Shown: positions 26,133-37,100, counted from the first letter of the stretch. The stretch: DNA of 57,561 nucleotides from a bacterium (GCA_009927045.1 RFNT01000218.1:1-57561); one strand, 5' to 3'. Notes: generated from the letters alone by a model not told the origin. Numbers and translations: made by a program.

Positions 26133-29100
26133 ATGCAGATGAAACGCCACCAAAAAACTTGGGCGCTTGTCGCCCTCTTTGCTATGACTCAACCCCTATT
26201 GATCAGCTATGCCGAACCTTCCGGCGGCCATCAAGCCCCCAGGCACAGCTCGCCGCGACCCACAGCCCAGACGAGTCCAGAGGATCAAGACCAATCCGCT
26301 CGGGTGGCGAATCTAGAAGCTCGGATGGCGGTCTTCGCAGAGCTGTGTGTAGACGCAAACGGCAAAGTAAAAGGGGAAGATGAGAAAAAGCGCGTTGTGG
26401 TGAGCGATGGTGATGAAGAGCTGGATTGTTGGGAAGAGGCCGAACGCATTAAAGCGGAGTTGGATGAGGTAGGCGGCGGAAATGTAGGAGATGAGCAGTG
26501 CCCAGATGACGGGCGAGACAACCAGAGCTGGGGTGAGTGCTTAAAAGATGTGGGGTGCAATTTGGCACGAAGCGCTCTTTCCAGTGTGAACCCCATTGGC
26601 AAAATGTACAGCGCATTTGTGAGTCAATCAGGTAAGCAACCCGACAACAGCAAAGCCCCCACGTGCTTGAGTTCGAATCGTGGAAATTGCGCCGAATCTC
26701 TGGTGGCCGGTATTTTCGATAATCTGTGGGGCACTATCACAGGGCTTTGGGATTTAGCTGTGGCCGCTGTGAAGGGGACCGGGAAGTGGGTCGTGGATAA
26801 GTGGAATGCCTTTTGGGGTGTTGAAGACAAAAGTGCGGATTCTGCGCAAGTGGCCTCTGCGACCACGGATAGTTTCATCACCAAATTTGTAAAAGATCCT
26901 CTTGGAGCTATTTCCGAACTGGGCAGCGGTATTATGAACATGCTCTATGAGTACATCAGCCAGCGGTTTATGTGTGGGAAGTGGTCGGGGGCTCCTTACA
27001 CCTCGACCTGTGAGGAACCACTCGAGTCTTGGAAGTGCGCGGACTGTGATCAAAAACTAAATTTGGCGTGTGGCGTGGGCGGAATCCTGGCCGGAGAAGT
27101 CGCGGTCGCGTTCTTCACGGGTGGCGCAGTAAACTTAGCTAGCAAAGCTGCTGGGAAAGTAGCTCAAGTGGGCGCCAAAGTAGCAGAAATGTTTCCTGCA
27201 GTGGCTCGAGTGGGAGCCAAGCTTGCCCAAGCAGGAAGATTTCTCGCCAATTCTGCTGTGGGAAAAGCAGTCACTGCCTTCGCAAAAGGGGTAGGAAAAG
27301 CAGCCGTTGCTACTGGAAGGAAAGTCATTCAAGTCGCCTCTGATCTCAGCAGTGTTGTGGCCAAAAAAGTAGCAGCAGCACTAGCAAAATCCCCCGCACT
27401 TGCGAAAACAGCGGACCTAGCGACGAAACCTATCAGAGCTTATTTTGAATTGCTGGGGGAGGCGGCCAGAGCCGGTTGGAAATCCACTGATGAGGTTGCT
27501 GAACTGATGGCAGCTCGAGCTGCTCGTGGAACGAACCAACTGAAAGCTGCAGCAGCTGGAAGCCAACTGGTGAACCCTGCACAATTGGAATCGGCCCTCG
27601 CAAACCCGAAAGTAGTGGATGCCTTGGGGAGATCTCGCGGACTGAGTCGTGCAGCATTGGAAGGGGATCAAGGCCGTCAGATTGTAGAGACTGTTGCAAG
27701 TGGACTGAGAAACTCTGGAGTGAAAGCAGATGATGCTGCTCGAATTGCTGCCGACTGGGCAAAGAAAATGCGCACCAATGAAGTATTGATACAAGCCCGT
27801 CAAGTGCCTTCCGGCAGAGGGTTTGCTTCACCGGCTGCGCAAGTGGATGATGCGACGAGAGCTGCAGCAGAAGCCAAAAAAGCGCAGGCTGCTGCCGAAG
27901 CGGGAGTCAATTTAGGAGTTCCTGCCAATGTGGATGAGCTTTCTGAAGGAGCTAAAGTCCGCTACGTGGATGGGCGCACGGGAAAGAAAATGGAAGGGTA
28001 TGTTTCCAAAATGGGAGCCGCCGATAAAGATACCGTCGTCTTTGCTACGTATCCCCAGAAAAACCCGGAAGCCGCTAACATTTTTCAAATAGTCCCCAAG
28101 GACAAAGTAAAAAACCTTCGCATGTTGGAACCGGGAACTCCCCCCGTGAAGCCGGGTGCTTCTGCGGCTGCTGAAACGGCCAAAATTTCCATCGATGAGA
28201 CGGTTGTAGCAAAGGCCCCCCTCACCGGGCCAACCATTGCTGCGGACCAATTAGAAAAACTGCCCTTCCAAGCCACACAAAAGCAAGCCCGTCCTTATGC
28301 GTATGAAAAACCGGTGTTCGATAATCAGGATCTCGCTCGGATGAAGCCGATGAGCTACGCAGTGAACGAAGCTGATGAATTGAAAGTCGTCACAAAGACC
28401 GCAGATGGTGTGGAGACTGTGAATACCGCCAAAAAAGGTGACATCATCATGAGTGGGCCCAACGGCGAAAAATACGTCATCAAGCCGGAAAAGTTTGGAA
28501 AGAATTACCAAGGCAATATCGGTTCTACGATGATCCCTGAGCAGTCTCCTCGAACGGTGGCCCGTTATGACGGCCCCGAAGGAGTGATTGAAGCGCCTTG
28601 GGGTGAAAAAATGAGACTCCGACCTGGCGATTACGTCGTGCAAGAAGGTCCTGGGCTGTATTACCGAATTGCTGCAGATGAGTTTGATAAAACCTATAAC
28701 GCTCTTGGAAGAGCTCCTCTGCCCAGAAACCCGAATGCAACGCCAGTGAATTTGAAACGGGCCCAAGAACTTGCTGAAAGTCACGTGAACAGAAAAGTAG
28801 CATCCGAAGTGCTGACCGATCCGGGTGTAGAAGCAGCTCTTCAAGATGCTCACGCCATTGAAAAAAGCGGTGTGCCGTTTGCGTGGAAGCGAGAAAAGTT
28901 TGAAGTCGCTTCCGAAGCTCTTGAAGAAGCGCTTTTGGCCCGCGGAATGTCTCCTGGGCAAGCGAAAAAAGCAGCCCGCGAATGGACTAAAGATATGATG
29001 CGCGAAGGAGTGCTGGGCGATGAGGTGGCGGAAGAAGCTGGCGAAGAATTCGTAGAGCGGATCAATAGCAGAAGCAGAAACCGAGAAGCCGGTGAAGGAA

Positions 29101-29318
29101 AAGGCGGAAAGCGCACGCAGAAGAACCGTTCGGGCGGACAAAAAGATTCGGCTATTATTAGTGATGTGGCCCGAGCCCAAGGCGTCGACCGAAGGCAACT
29201 TGGCAAAGCTATTGAACAGTACAAAAAGAAAAACGGGATCAGACGCAACTTAACTCGGCAAGAAATCCTAGAAGTAGTGAACCAACTCAAATCAGGGGCA
29301 ATCAATGTGTCGAAATAG
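26133..29318 (+). CDS. giant secreted protein (about 1060 aa), unknown function, with a central Gly/Ala-rich hydrophobic block
   Basis: Signal MQMKRHQKTWALVALFAMTQPLLISYA. Cys-rich N-domain. Hydrophobic GVGGILAGEVAVAFFTGGAV at about 27061-27150. An internal module is paralogous to ORF 37655..38026. Confidence 0.8.
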   Translation: MQMKRHQKTWALVALFAMTQPLLISYAEPSGGHQAPRHSSPRPTAQTSPEDQDQSARVANLEARMAVFAELCVDANGKVKGEDEKKRVVVSDGDEELDCWEEAERIKAELDEVGGGNVGDEQCPDDGRDNQSWGECLKDVGCNLARSALSSVNPIGKMYSAFVSQSGKQPDNSKAPTCLSSNRGNCAESLVAGIFDNLWGTITGLWDLAVAAVKGTGKWVVDKWNAFWGVEDKSADSAQVASATTDSFITKFVKDPLGAISELGSGIMNMLYEYISQRFMCGKWSGAPYTSTCEEPLESWKCADCDQKLNLACGVGGILAGEVAVAFFTGGAVNLASKAAGKVAQVGAKVAEMFPAVARVGAKLAQAGRFLANSAVGKAVTAFAKGVGKAAVATGRKVIQVASDLSSVVAKKVAAALAKSPALAKTADLATKPIRAYFELLGEAARAGWKSTDEVAELMAARAARGTNQLKAAAAGSQLVNPAQLESALANPKVVDALGRSRGLSRAALEGDQGRQIVETVASGLRNSGVKADDAARIAADWAKKMRTNEVLIQARQVPSGRGFASPAAQVDDATRAAAEAKKAQAAAEAGVNLGVPANVDELSEGAKVRYVDGRTGKKMEGYVSKMGAADKDTVVFATYPQKNPEAANIFQIVPKDKVKNLRMLEPGTPPVKPGASAAAETAKISIDETVVAKAPLTGPTIAADQLEKLPFQATQKQARPYAYEKPVFDNQDLARMKPMSYAVNEADELKVVTKTADGVETVNTAKKGDIIMSGPNGEKYVIKPEKFGKNYQGNIGSTMIPEQSPRTVARYDGPEGVIEAPWGEKMRLRPGDYVVQEGPGLYYRIAADEFDKTYNALGRAPLPRNPNATPVNLKRAQELAESHVNRKVASEVLTDPGVEAALQDAHAIEKSGVPFAWKREKFEVASEALEEALLARGMSPGQAKKAAREWTKDMMREGVLGDEVAEEAGEEFVERINSRSRNREAGEGKGGKRTQKNRSGGQKDSAIISDVARAQGVDRRQLGKAIEQYKKKNGIRRNLTRQEILEVVNQLKSGAINVSK

Positions 29319-29333
29319 TGTTGGCTTTGCCAC

Positions 29334-30521
29334 TTACTGAGTAGCAAAGAACGCCTGAAGATTTGTAATTTCCTCTGGAGAAAGCGGAGGCGCTCCCTTG
29401 GGAGGCATGCTTCTGTTTCCGACCCGTTTAGAAGCAAACTCGAAACTACTCAATTCAATGCCGTTGCTTAAATGGCATCCGACACACTTAGATTGGTAAA
29501 GCGCTTGTCCTAAAGCGACTGCATCTGAGCCCTTCGATCCGCTCGATTGTTTTTCTTGAGCCGGAGGTTGAGGAGCCTCGGGCTTTTGTTCTGGAGCCTG
29601 TGGCTTTTCTTCTGGCGCCGGTGCTTGCGCTTGTGCTTCTGCCGGAGGTGCTTCAGGGGTTTTCTTTAAGCATTCGACCCAAGTTTGGGACCGCTCATAG
29701 AAGTGGCGGCGGTCGGTCAGATTACTGCCCCGTTGCGGCCACGCATAACTGCTCGTGAGCCAGCCTAAATGTTCCATGCTCTCTTCCAATACTTTTAGTT
29801 GGGTTTCGCGCTCTGAAGCTGCACCAAACTGCCCCAATGTTTTTACTAAGTTCTGATAATTCTGGGGCATGTACATGCCCTGGGCCGTGTACCAGGGGCT
29901 TTCTTCAACCGAGAAGGGGTCTTTCTTCGTGAGTTCCTTTAAAAAATAGTACATGCGCTTGGGTGATTCCACTTGGCCAAAATCCGCATTCGTTTTTTTA
30001 GCGCCCTCTAAAATCTCTAAAAAACTCCTCGCATTTTTTTGTGCTTCGGCATCTTCCTGTTTTACCGCGGCTGAAGCAACGAGCACTTTCGCATTTTTTT
30101 CAAGCTTCTCTAAACAAGCATCTGCGCGTTCTTCACGTTTGGGTTCCTCATCGCCCGGGATGCCGGGAGCTTCTGGAGCTTCCGAGTCGTCAGGAGTTTG
30201 TGAAGGTGTTTCCGGAGTCTGGCTTGCGGAAGGACCGGGATCAGAAGGAATGCCTGGGTCAAAATTGCTTCCACCGCCGTGGCCACCGCCTGGAGGAGCT
30301 ACGAAACTTGGATTTCCGCCGCCTTGGCCGCAACTTCCATTCCCACAAAGACGGGGCTGACAAGTTCTGCAGGAGCGGCGTGAGCGACGAGATTGCACCC
30401 AACGGCGAATGGGGCCGCCTCCTCGGCGAAAGCCACTGCAGCTCCGGCACGAGCGCGCTTCTGCGACGGTGTCGAAAAGAAAAGCAGAAAAAATCAGAAT
30501 GATAAGCGCTCTTGTGTTCAT
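29334..30521 (-). CDS. secreted protein: Arg/Cys-rich N-terminus, Pro/Glu repeats, C-terminal class-I cytochrome c-like domain
   Basis: ATG 30521 gives the signal MNTRALIILIFSAFLFDTVAEA. RSCRSC..SCRTC..CGNGSC. C-terminal CVGCH (about 29470-29487) plus NRSMPP (a distal-Met-like context). Confidence 0.72.
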   Translation of the reverse strand: MNTRALIILIFSAFLFDTVAEARSCRSCSGFRRGGGPIRRWVQSRRSRRSCRTCQPRLCGNGSCGQGGGNPSFVAPPGGGHGGGSNFDPGIPSDPGPSASQTPETPSQTPDDSEAPEAPGIPGDEEPKREERADACLEKLEKNAKVLVASAAVKQEDAEAQKNARSFLEILEGAKKTNADFGQVESPKRMYYFLKELTKKDPFSVEESPWYTAQGMYMPQNYQNLVKTLGQFGAASERETQLKVLEESMEHLGWLTSSYAWPQRGSNLTDRRHFYERSQTWVECLKKTPEAPPAEAQAQAPAPEEKPQAPEQKPEAPQPPAQEKQSSGSKGSDAVALGQALYQSKCVGCHLSNGIELSSFEFASKRVGNRSMPPKGAPPLSPEEITNLQAFFATQ

Positions 30522-30715
30522 GGTGGAAAGAAGAGCAACTCGAATGCCAGAAACACAACCCATTGAATACGCTGTGAAAAAAATGCGAAATGCAATGAGG
30601 TGTTGGGCAAACATAATTTCCTGCGAGAGTTTTCGTCAAAGAAGAATACAGGCGACCTGGCTGTTGACTCTTTTGTCAGGGAGAGATGCTAAGGGCGCAG
30701 AAAAAAACTACCAAC

Positions 30716-31957
30716 TCACCGAAGCGGTTCCTCTGGTACTGGGTTTTTTATGCTAACCCCGGCTGGATTACGCGCCCGACCCTTCATAGCCTCCAAGGCC
30801 CACTTGTGAGCTTTTTCATCTGAGTATCCGAGAGATCTTAAGTGCAAATAAAAGTTAGTAGCATCGTCCTTACCCACCCCAAAAAGTGCTGTATCATGCT
30901 TTTCAGCCAAAGTTGTTATCTGGGCCGGCGTTAGGTCAGGAAGTGTAGTAGCTGGCGCCGCTACTGGTTTAGGGGGTTCCGCCGGAACCAAACGACCGTT
31001 CTCAACTTTGAAACCCGCAGGGGCACTTGCCTTTGAGTAACTATTGGCTTGAGGGTTTCCTTCAACCCATTGCCCTTGAGAGTTTTCAAATCCGACCACT
31101 TCTTTTCCCTCTTTGTTTGTGTATTTATACTCGAATGCCGGAGCCTTTCCGCCCGGCCGATGAATTACGCCCACAGCTTGGGGGTCACCAGCACTAACAG
31201 TCGGAGTGTTGTTTTGTGAATAAGTGCCATCCGCGTTTCGCTTCAAACCGTACTTTGATTCGGGCATGTCAGTGGAGGAGCGTCCACCGTCGGTGCTGAC
31301 AGAAACTATCCCTTCTGTTTTTGATGGAACAAACTGTGTTTTGCCGTCAGGTGAGACTGAGATCGGGATTCTTTGATCACCGCGCACTATTTTGGTGCCT
31401 GGTACCGTCGCAAGAGCAGGGCCTCCGCCCTGCTGGCTTGATTCGGACTTCCTCTGAGCCAGCATTTTTGTAATCAACCTGGCCTGAGCGGTTTCCGCAT
31501 TTGAACTCTTACCGCCCACTATTTTGGACAACAATTCAGCTTTCTTTGCTCGCAAACCTTCTTCACCTAGTTTTTCGTATTCGGATCGAAATTCCAATTC
31601 AGCTGCTAGGTCAGCCAACTGCTTGGCTCTTTCGGGGTTGCGTTCTGCCTCAGCTAGCTCCGCCAGCTTCGTAAGCGCTTGCTTTTTTTGATCCTCATCC
31701 AGTTTAGAAAACCCAGCTTTTGCATCCTCTGGGTTCAACTGTTCCTGTTCCTTGATTCCAGAAATAAAACTTTCCTCGGGCTTTTGTCCTTCCGCTACCG
31801 GTCTTTGTGAATCACTGGGTTTCGAATCCTCGCTGCTCGGCGCAATCGCCGGCCGCATGCCACCGTCGCATTTATCACCCGCGCACTTCGGTGTCCCCCA
31901 CCCCAAACTTCCGTGGAGCGCTAAACCAATGATGAGTAAACAAGCTGATTTTTTCAT
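30716..31957 (-). CDS. secreted protein (413 aa), unknown function
   Basis: Signal MKKSACLLIIGLALHGSLGWG followed by CAGDKC. A charged helical region, then a Gly/Ser/Thr-rich beta-like region. Confidence 0.72.
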   Translation of the reverse strand: MKKSACLLIIGLALHGSLGWGTPKCAGDKCDGGMRPAIAPSSEDSKPSDSQRPVAEGQKPEESFISGIKEQEQLNPEDAKAGFSKLDEDQKKQALTKLAELAEAERNPERAKQLADLAAELEFRSEYEKLGEEGLRAKKAELLSKIVGGKSSNAETAQARLITKMLAQRKSESSQQGGGPALATVPGTKIVRGDQRIPISVSPDGKTQFVPSKTEGIVSVSTDGGRSSTDMPESKYGLKRNADGTYSQNNTPTVSAGDPQAVGVIHRPGGKAPAFEYKYTNKEGKEVVGFENSQGQWVEGNPQANSYSKASAPAGFKVENGRLVPAEPPKPVAAPATTLPDLTPAQITTLAEKHDTALFGVGKDDATNFYLHLRSLGYSDEKAHKWALEAMKGRARNPAGVSIKNPVPEEPLR

Positions 31958-32224
31958 AAGGCACCTAAAAAACTTTTTGTTAAGAAGAGCAAACCTAAGG
32001 CCAACTTGTTAACCGACTGGATACACAAGTGTTTCATGCAAATTGAATAGAATCCGAACGCACCACCGAAAAAACTCTCGCGGGCGAACCGTCCAGGAAA
32101 CGAACAAAAGAAACGAGTGTCTACAATTGAATGAAAGGGTCTTCCAACACGTGGAAAGCGCATCAAAAAGTTCGTATTCCAAATTTAAAAAAGGGGGTTT
32201 TCTGTATACAGGTTGAGCAGCGCT

Positions 32225-32518
32225 TTACCAGTTCGTGACTTTTTCGCGTTTGGGATAAATGAGGCTTTCACCCCAAACACTTTTTGGAGCTTGATAAGGA
32301 AAAGGATTACTGGAACCCACAACGGGTCGTTGAGATTGCGAAGGTGAACGGCGATAGCCTCTGCGGTGTTCTTCATTCGAGGAAGCCGATTCCATCGGAC
32401 GTTCCCGATTTCCAAACCCCTTTACTTTTACAGAAGTCGTTTCGTCGTCGTTACCCCAAGAAGGGAGTGCCAACAACGAAAGGATCGTCAGCAAGAGTGT
32501 GAGTGTTCTCAATCGCAT
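32225..32518 (-). CDS. small secreted Arg-rich protein (97 aa)
   Basis: Signal MRLRTLTLLLTILSLLALPSWG. No clear Shine-Dalgarno sequence. Confidence 0.45.
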   Translation of the reverse strand: MRLRTLTLLLTILSLLALPSWGNDDETTSVKVKGFGNRERPMESASSNEEHRRGYRRSPSQSQRPVVGSSNPFPYQAPKSVWGESLIYPKREKVTNW

Positions 32519-32783
32519 ATGGAGTATTGAAGAGCAATTCGCGTGCCGGTGTGGTTTTTGTAGAATCTGTTTGCATTCGAGCCCACTGATTACTTTTTAG
32601 AGGGCGTGCATTCTTAAGCCGCTGAAAGCATAAACAAAGGGCTTCCGAAAAAACACCGAAATCACCTCCTGTTTGTGTGTTTTGTATACAACTCCAGAAA
32701 AGTGTTTTGACGTGAGGACGCTCAAATCTGCGCTGGGCTTCGTTTTGCAATTTGCAGGATATAGGAATCCGGAAAAAAGAGCT

Positions 32784-33923
32784 ATGGGGACTATACCTTT
32801 TCGAATCTTTGGCATTATAGTGTTCGCTTCGTCGGTTGTGTTTGTGATGCCAGCCGAAGGCGGCCACCGCCGCTCACGATTCCTTCCCCATCAAGGACAC
32901 ATCAAAGGATTTAATCCCTGTGGCTGGAACACGTGTCGACGTCCTGTTGGATTTCATGGATTTCGAGGCCGACGCCGGTTTTTGCGGCGGGCCCGCAGAC
33001 CCCTTCCTCCTCGCCACGTGCGACCGGTGTTGCCACAGCCCGTGCAACCGCCTCCCGTCCAACCGCCCCATGCTCAGGTGCAACCTTTTGAGCGCATTGA
33101 CCGAGAAATTGTGAATAGCATTTGTAGTGCTTTCGTTGATATCCGACAGAGCGAAATCAAAACCATGGATGGTATGTTGGGTGCCTTGGGAGTGACGGGC
33201 CAGCCAGGGAGTCGGTATAAAAACTGGAAAGCTATTCGTGCAGATTTGGGAGTGAGTGAATGCAAAGATTTTCCAGAAAAGGAAGCCGGTAAAAGCAGTG
33301 CTGAGAAAGGTGTGAGCACGTTTTCACTTCCCAAGCCGCAGAGCAAAGCACTTTTACAGAAGCGCTTCAACCCAGGAAAAGATCGATTTCATCAACTCAA
33401 GAAATCACCCGACGTCATTTTTAGGGACCTCAATCTGCAAAAAGCGGGGGCCATTCAGGATCCTATTCAAGGGGATGACAGTGGCGTGCTTGCTGCCGAC
33501 GAGGGGATTCGCAGTCTTTTCGAAGAGGAGTTAGTGTCCGCAACCACGGGGGATAAGTACACCATCCGGTTTACTTACGACCAAGTGAAAACCAAAGACG
33601 GAAAACTCCTGTGTGGTTTTGAAACCTTCATTAAAGATCAGAAGACCGGAAAAATCATCGGGTTCGGTTTAGACGACAATGGAAATTATCTGCCCGATGT
33701 TCCCACTGAGCTTGCGATTGATAAAGACAAGAACAAAGCAGATGGACTGAGTCCGAATGTGAGAAGCGGTCCCGGATGCTTCGAGTGTCACTCTCAGGTT
33801 TCTCACGATTACGGCATGCCCAAAGCAGACGAGTTCTGGGGACAAAAACCACTCGTTCAAAAATGCGGAGCCACTGAGCGAAGGCCATTTGTAAAAGCAC
33901 TTCAGCACAAAAACGAATTGTGA
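32784..33923 (+). CDS. secreted protein: Arg-rich/Pro-rich N-terminus, C-terminal CxxCH motif
   Basis: ATG 32784 gives the signal MGTIPFRIFGIIVFASSVVFVMPAEG. CGWNTC. CFECH at 33777..33791 followed by GMP. Confidence 0.7.
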   Translation: MGTIPFRIFGIIVFASSVVFVMPAEGGHRRSRFLPHQGHIKGFNPCGWNTCRRPVGFHGFRGRRRFLRRARRPLPPRHVRPVLPQPVQPPPVQPPHAQVQPFERIDREIVNSICSAFVDIRQSEIKTMDGMLGALGVTGQPGSRYKNWKAIRADLGVSECKDFPEKEAGKSSAEKGVSTFSLPKPQSKALLQKRFNPGKDRFHQLKKSPDVIFRDLNLQKAGAIQDPIQGDDSGVLAADEGIRSLFEEELVSATTGDKYTIRFTYDQVKTKDGKLLCGFETFIKDQKTGKIIGFGLDDNGNYLPDVPTELAIDKDKNKADGLSPNVRSGPGCFECHSQVSHDYGMPKADEFWGQKPLVQKCGATERRPFVKALQHKNEL

Positions 33924-34159
33924 AAAGGCGCTGTATACCGAGTGAACACATCCCTGAGTGGGGATAGCAGAAAACCAAAAAAAGAATGTCCTTTCATTGG
34001 CTTAATAGTTTTTGAACATGAACCACGCAAATGAAATAAGCGCTACAGCGGAAAGACGCCCCCCTCCTCCAGAGAATCGGAAGTCCTTTGAATATTCAAT
34101 GAGTTAGTCCTCTGGCCCCCGCCTTGCTCTCTAAAGAGGTGAACGAATACGCATAAATC

Positions 34160-37100
34160 ATGAAGGCGATTTTATTTTTAATTCTCTTTTGGGTGAGCTT
34201 AGCTCCAGGCGATCAGAAGCACGCCCCCGAACCGTTATCTACTGAATCAGCACCCTCTGATTCACAATCTCCCACCGCGAATGCTGCTCAGACCGCGAAA
34301 AATCCCACAGAATTTTTGAGGCTTTTAGAAGAGGCGGGCGTTACGAAAGAACAGGCCTTGGGCGATCTTAAAACCAGTTGCGCGGAAGCAATTCAGGAAT
34401 CTGAAAAAGAAAAATGTAGAGAGTTGATTGCGGCCTTGGAGACATCCAATCAAGAGCAAGACGAGCCACCTCAAAAAGAAGTTTCTCCAAGTGCATCTGG
34501 TGCGGCCACTCGATCCGGCCCTTCGGGTCCCTCCCGACAAGCCGAATTGAGGGAGCCTTCTGCGGATGCACCCCTGAAAGAAAAGTTGGCATACGCAACA
34601 GCTTTGAGGCACAGGCTGGAAGAGTTGGGCGGGGCGGGGCTAGATCCCCGGGCATATCAAACTTTCAGAGATGGGCAGAGAGCAGACGTCGTCGGCAACT
34701 TCGGCAACTACACGAGCCGTAGAGATCCTGGAAATAGACCCATGGATCTCAAGGCGGCTGCAGAGAAGTCCGGCGGTCCTAAAGATCAAGAAGCACGAGC
34801 GGCATTGTTCGATAGTCTTTCTACCAAACTGGCCAATTACGAACAGAAGTTAGTGACCGAACTGGTTCAACAAGGAAGTTCTGAAGAGCTAGAAGCACGG
34901 GTTTCTGGATTGAGTGCTTACGGAAAAGTAGATCTGGTGGATGCATTACAAACTCAATTTGTAAATGCCCCTCCTGAAAAAGAAGCTGAAGCCAAGGAAA
35001 AATTCGAAAAAATGGTTCGCGCTGTCTATCCATCGGGAATGGCCGGAATTGTTTTACAGGGAGCAAACGCCAATCGACTGGCGATCCAAGGTAAAAAAGA
35101 AGGCCGAACGGAGGATCCGAGATGGCTCGAGGATGAAGCCGCTTTGAGAAAGTCGCTGCTCGTGCAGGACCCCAGGGTCATCGAGCAATTACGAAATGCA
35201 GAGGAGCTAGAGACTCAGAACCAAAGAAATGCAGAGGCCGTACTTGCTGCGAGCCCGGAAGCTCAAGCGAATTGGGAAACGAGTGTATCTCTGATGCGAA
35301 AAGGAATTCGGGAAAAGCTTCCTGATGAAGCAACCAAACAAGCTTTCGATGCCATGGTGGCAGTACCCCTCCTTGTGGATGGCCAACTTGGCTTCCGATT
35401 GATGCCCAATTCCGAACAACAGCAGAAGATTGCCGCCCATTATTTAAATTCGAGTCTCAACTACTCATTCACCGACAACATGGAGTCTCGACGGTCAGAG
35501 GCCACGCGAATTGATAGACCCTATCCTGTTGATTTCGGAAGTCAGTTGGGGATTCTTGCTGGAAAAGACCGCTCTGAAGGCGTGCGCACTTACTCCTCAG
35601 GTGGGCTCGAAAGATCCGTGGGTCCCGAAATTTTATTTGCACTAGTCCCCAACGCTGGACGAGCCCTTGTTGCAAAGCTTGGGCAACAAGCGCTAGCAGG
35701 AGCGGCCGGTGGTACCGCTGTAGGGGGGCTTCGTGAAGGAACTTTGTATCTGGACTCCCTGTATAACGGAAAAAAGTACGATGCAGAAGGAGCCACTCAG
35801 AGAGTAGCAGAAATGGCAGCGTTAGGGGCTTTCCTGGTGCCATCTATTTCCAATGCCCCTAAAGCGGTTCAGACGGTTGCAGTTTATGTGGGTGCTGTTG
35901 CGGGCGGGGCCTCTGCAGTAGCGGAGGCTCGGTCTGGAAATTTTATAACGGCGGCAACGGATTTAGGAATGGGGCTCATGGCGGCTGGAGCGCTCGCAAA
36001 AAATGCAACTGGAGCCCGAACCGCGGTTTCAAATCTCAATTCGGATAAAGGAAATGGAGTCTTGGCCATGCTCGGTTCCTCAAATCCAAATGAACAGGCA
36101 GTCGCGCAGCGGTTCGCAAGACAACTGATTGCTTCTGGCGAAATCAAAACTATTCCTTCCAGCGTTCTTGGAAAAGTATCTCCAGAGACTGCGCAGGAGT
36201 TGAGTGCGCTTTTACCCAAGCAAGCGTCCTCTTCTCGAGGATTTCTGGGAAGAGCCTACGATTATTTCTTTGCTCAACCCGCAGAAAAACCATCGGCCAA
36301 ACCGAGTGAAGTGGCTCGGTTACCGGCTCCATCCAAAACTTTGGAACCCTATTCCCCTCGAGTTCGTGAAGTTGCGCAAAAGGTAGCTCAAGAGCGAGGA
36401 ATTTCCGTGGATCAGTTATCTCCCGATGAACTGCGCACAATGGCCCATCGGGAAGATGAAATCGCTTCGCTCATGACTGAGGGGCTCAGCTATGAACAAG
36501 CTCGACTAAAACTTGAAAGAGTTGGACTAGTACTCTCTGGACAGAATTCGTTTAATAAGGTGGTTCCCGCAGGTGGTGGCAAACCTGAAAGTTTGCATCG
36601 AGTAGCAAGCCAAGTGTTGGGGCAGCTACCAGAAAACTTTCACGAACTTCCCCGGGCCGAAAGATTGAGACTTGCGCGAGAAGTGATCGGCACAGCGTGG
36701 GACGTTCAACCCACGACCCCCTTTGTGGCGGAAAAAGGAAAAAACCAGGGCTTGTTGCTGGATGTGCTCTCTGAAACCGTCGCCGATATCCGACCTGTTC
36801 CCTCAGTAGTTCCTAGGTATCGGTCAGTACCAGTTCCCGAGGGTGGCATCAGTACAGCGGATGATGCGCAAAGGCTTTTCAGTTTAGATTCTAAAGGCGG
36901 CTATGTGCATACAGCGCCCAGTCGAGAAGGTGCACTGAACTTCACTCCGGGGGCTCAATCTCGGGCCGTGTTTGTATACCCCGAAGGAACTCCAGCTTTT
37001 GTTGTGAATGGCGAAGGCCAGGTTTTCAGTGGAGCTAGAGACCTTCAAGCTTCTATTGATCCCAAGCGATTCCAAACATTTGCCAACAATGACTGGGGAG

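Noticed and set aside
28251-29198. Long antisense ORFs (315 aa at 28251..29198; also 28850..29437, 27417..27831, 21319..21744, 3617..3994, 4141..4482)
   Set aside because: Each lies fully inside, and opposite to, a strongly supported CDS. Their translations are low-complexity (Ser/Arg/Phe-rich) with no motifs, which is typical of shadow ORFs.
31818-31829. T-loop-like GGTTTCGAATCC inside CDS 30716..31957
   Set aside because: The flanking bases do not form T, acceptor or anticodon stems, so this is not a tRNA.
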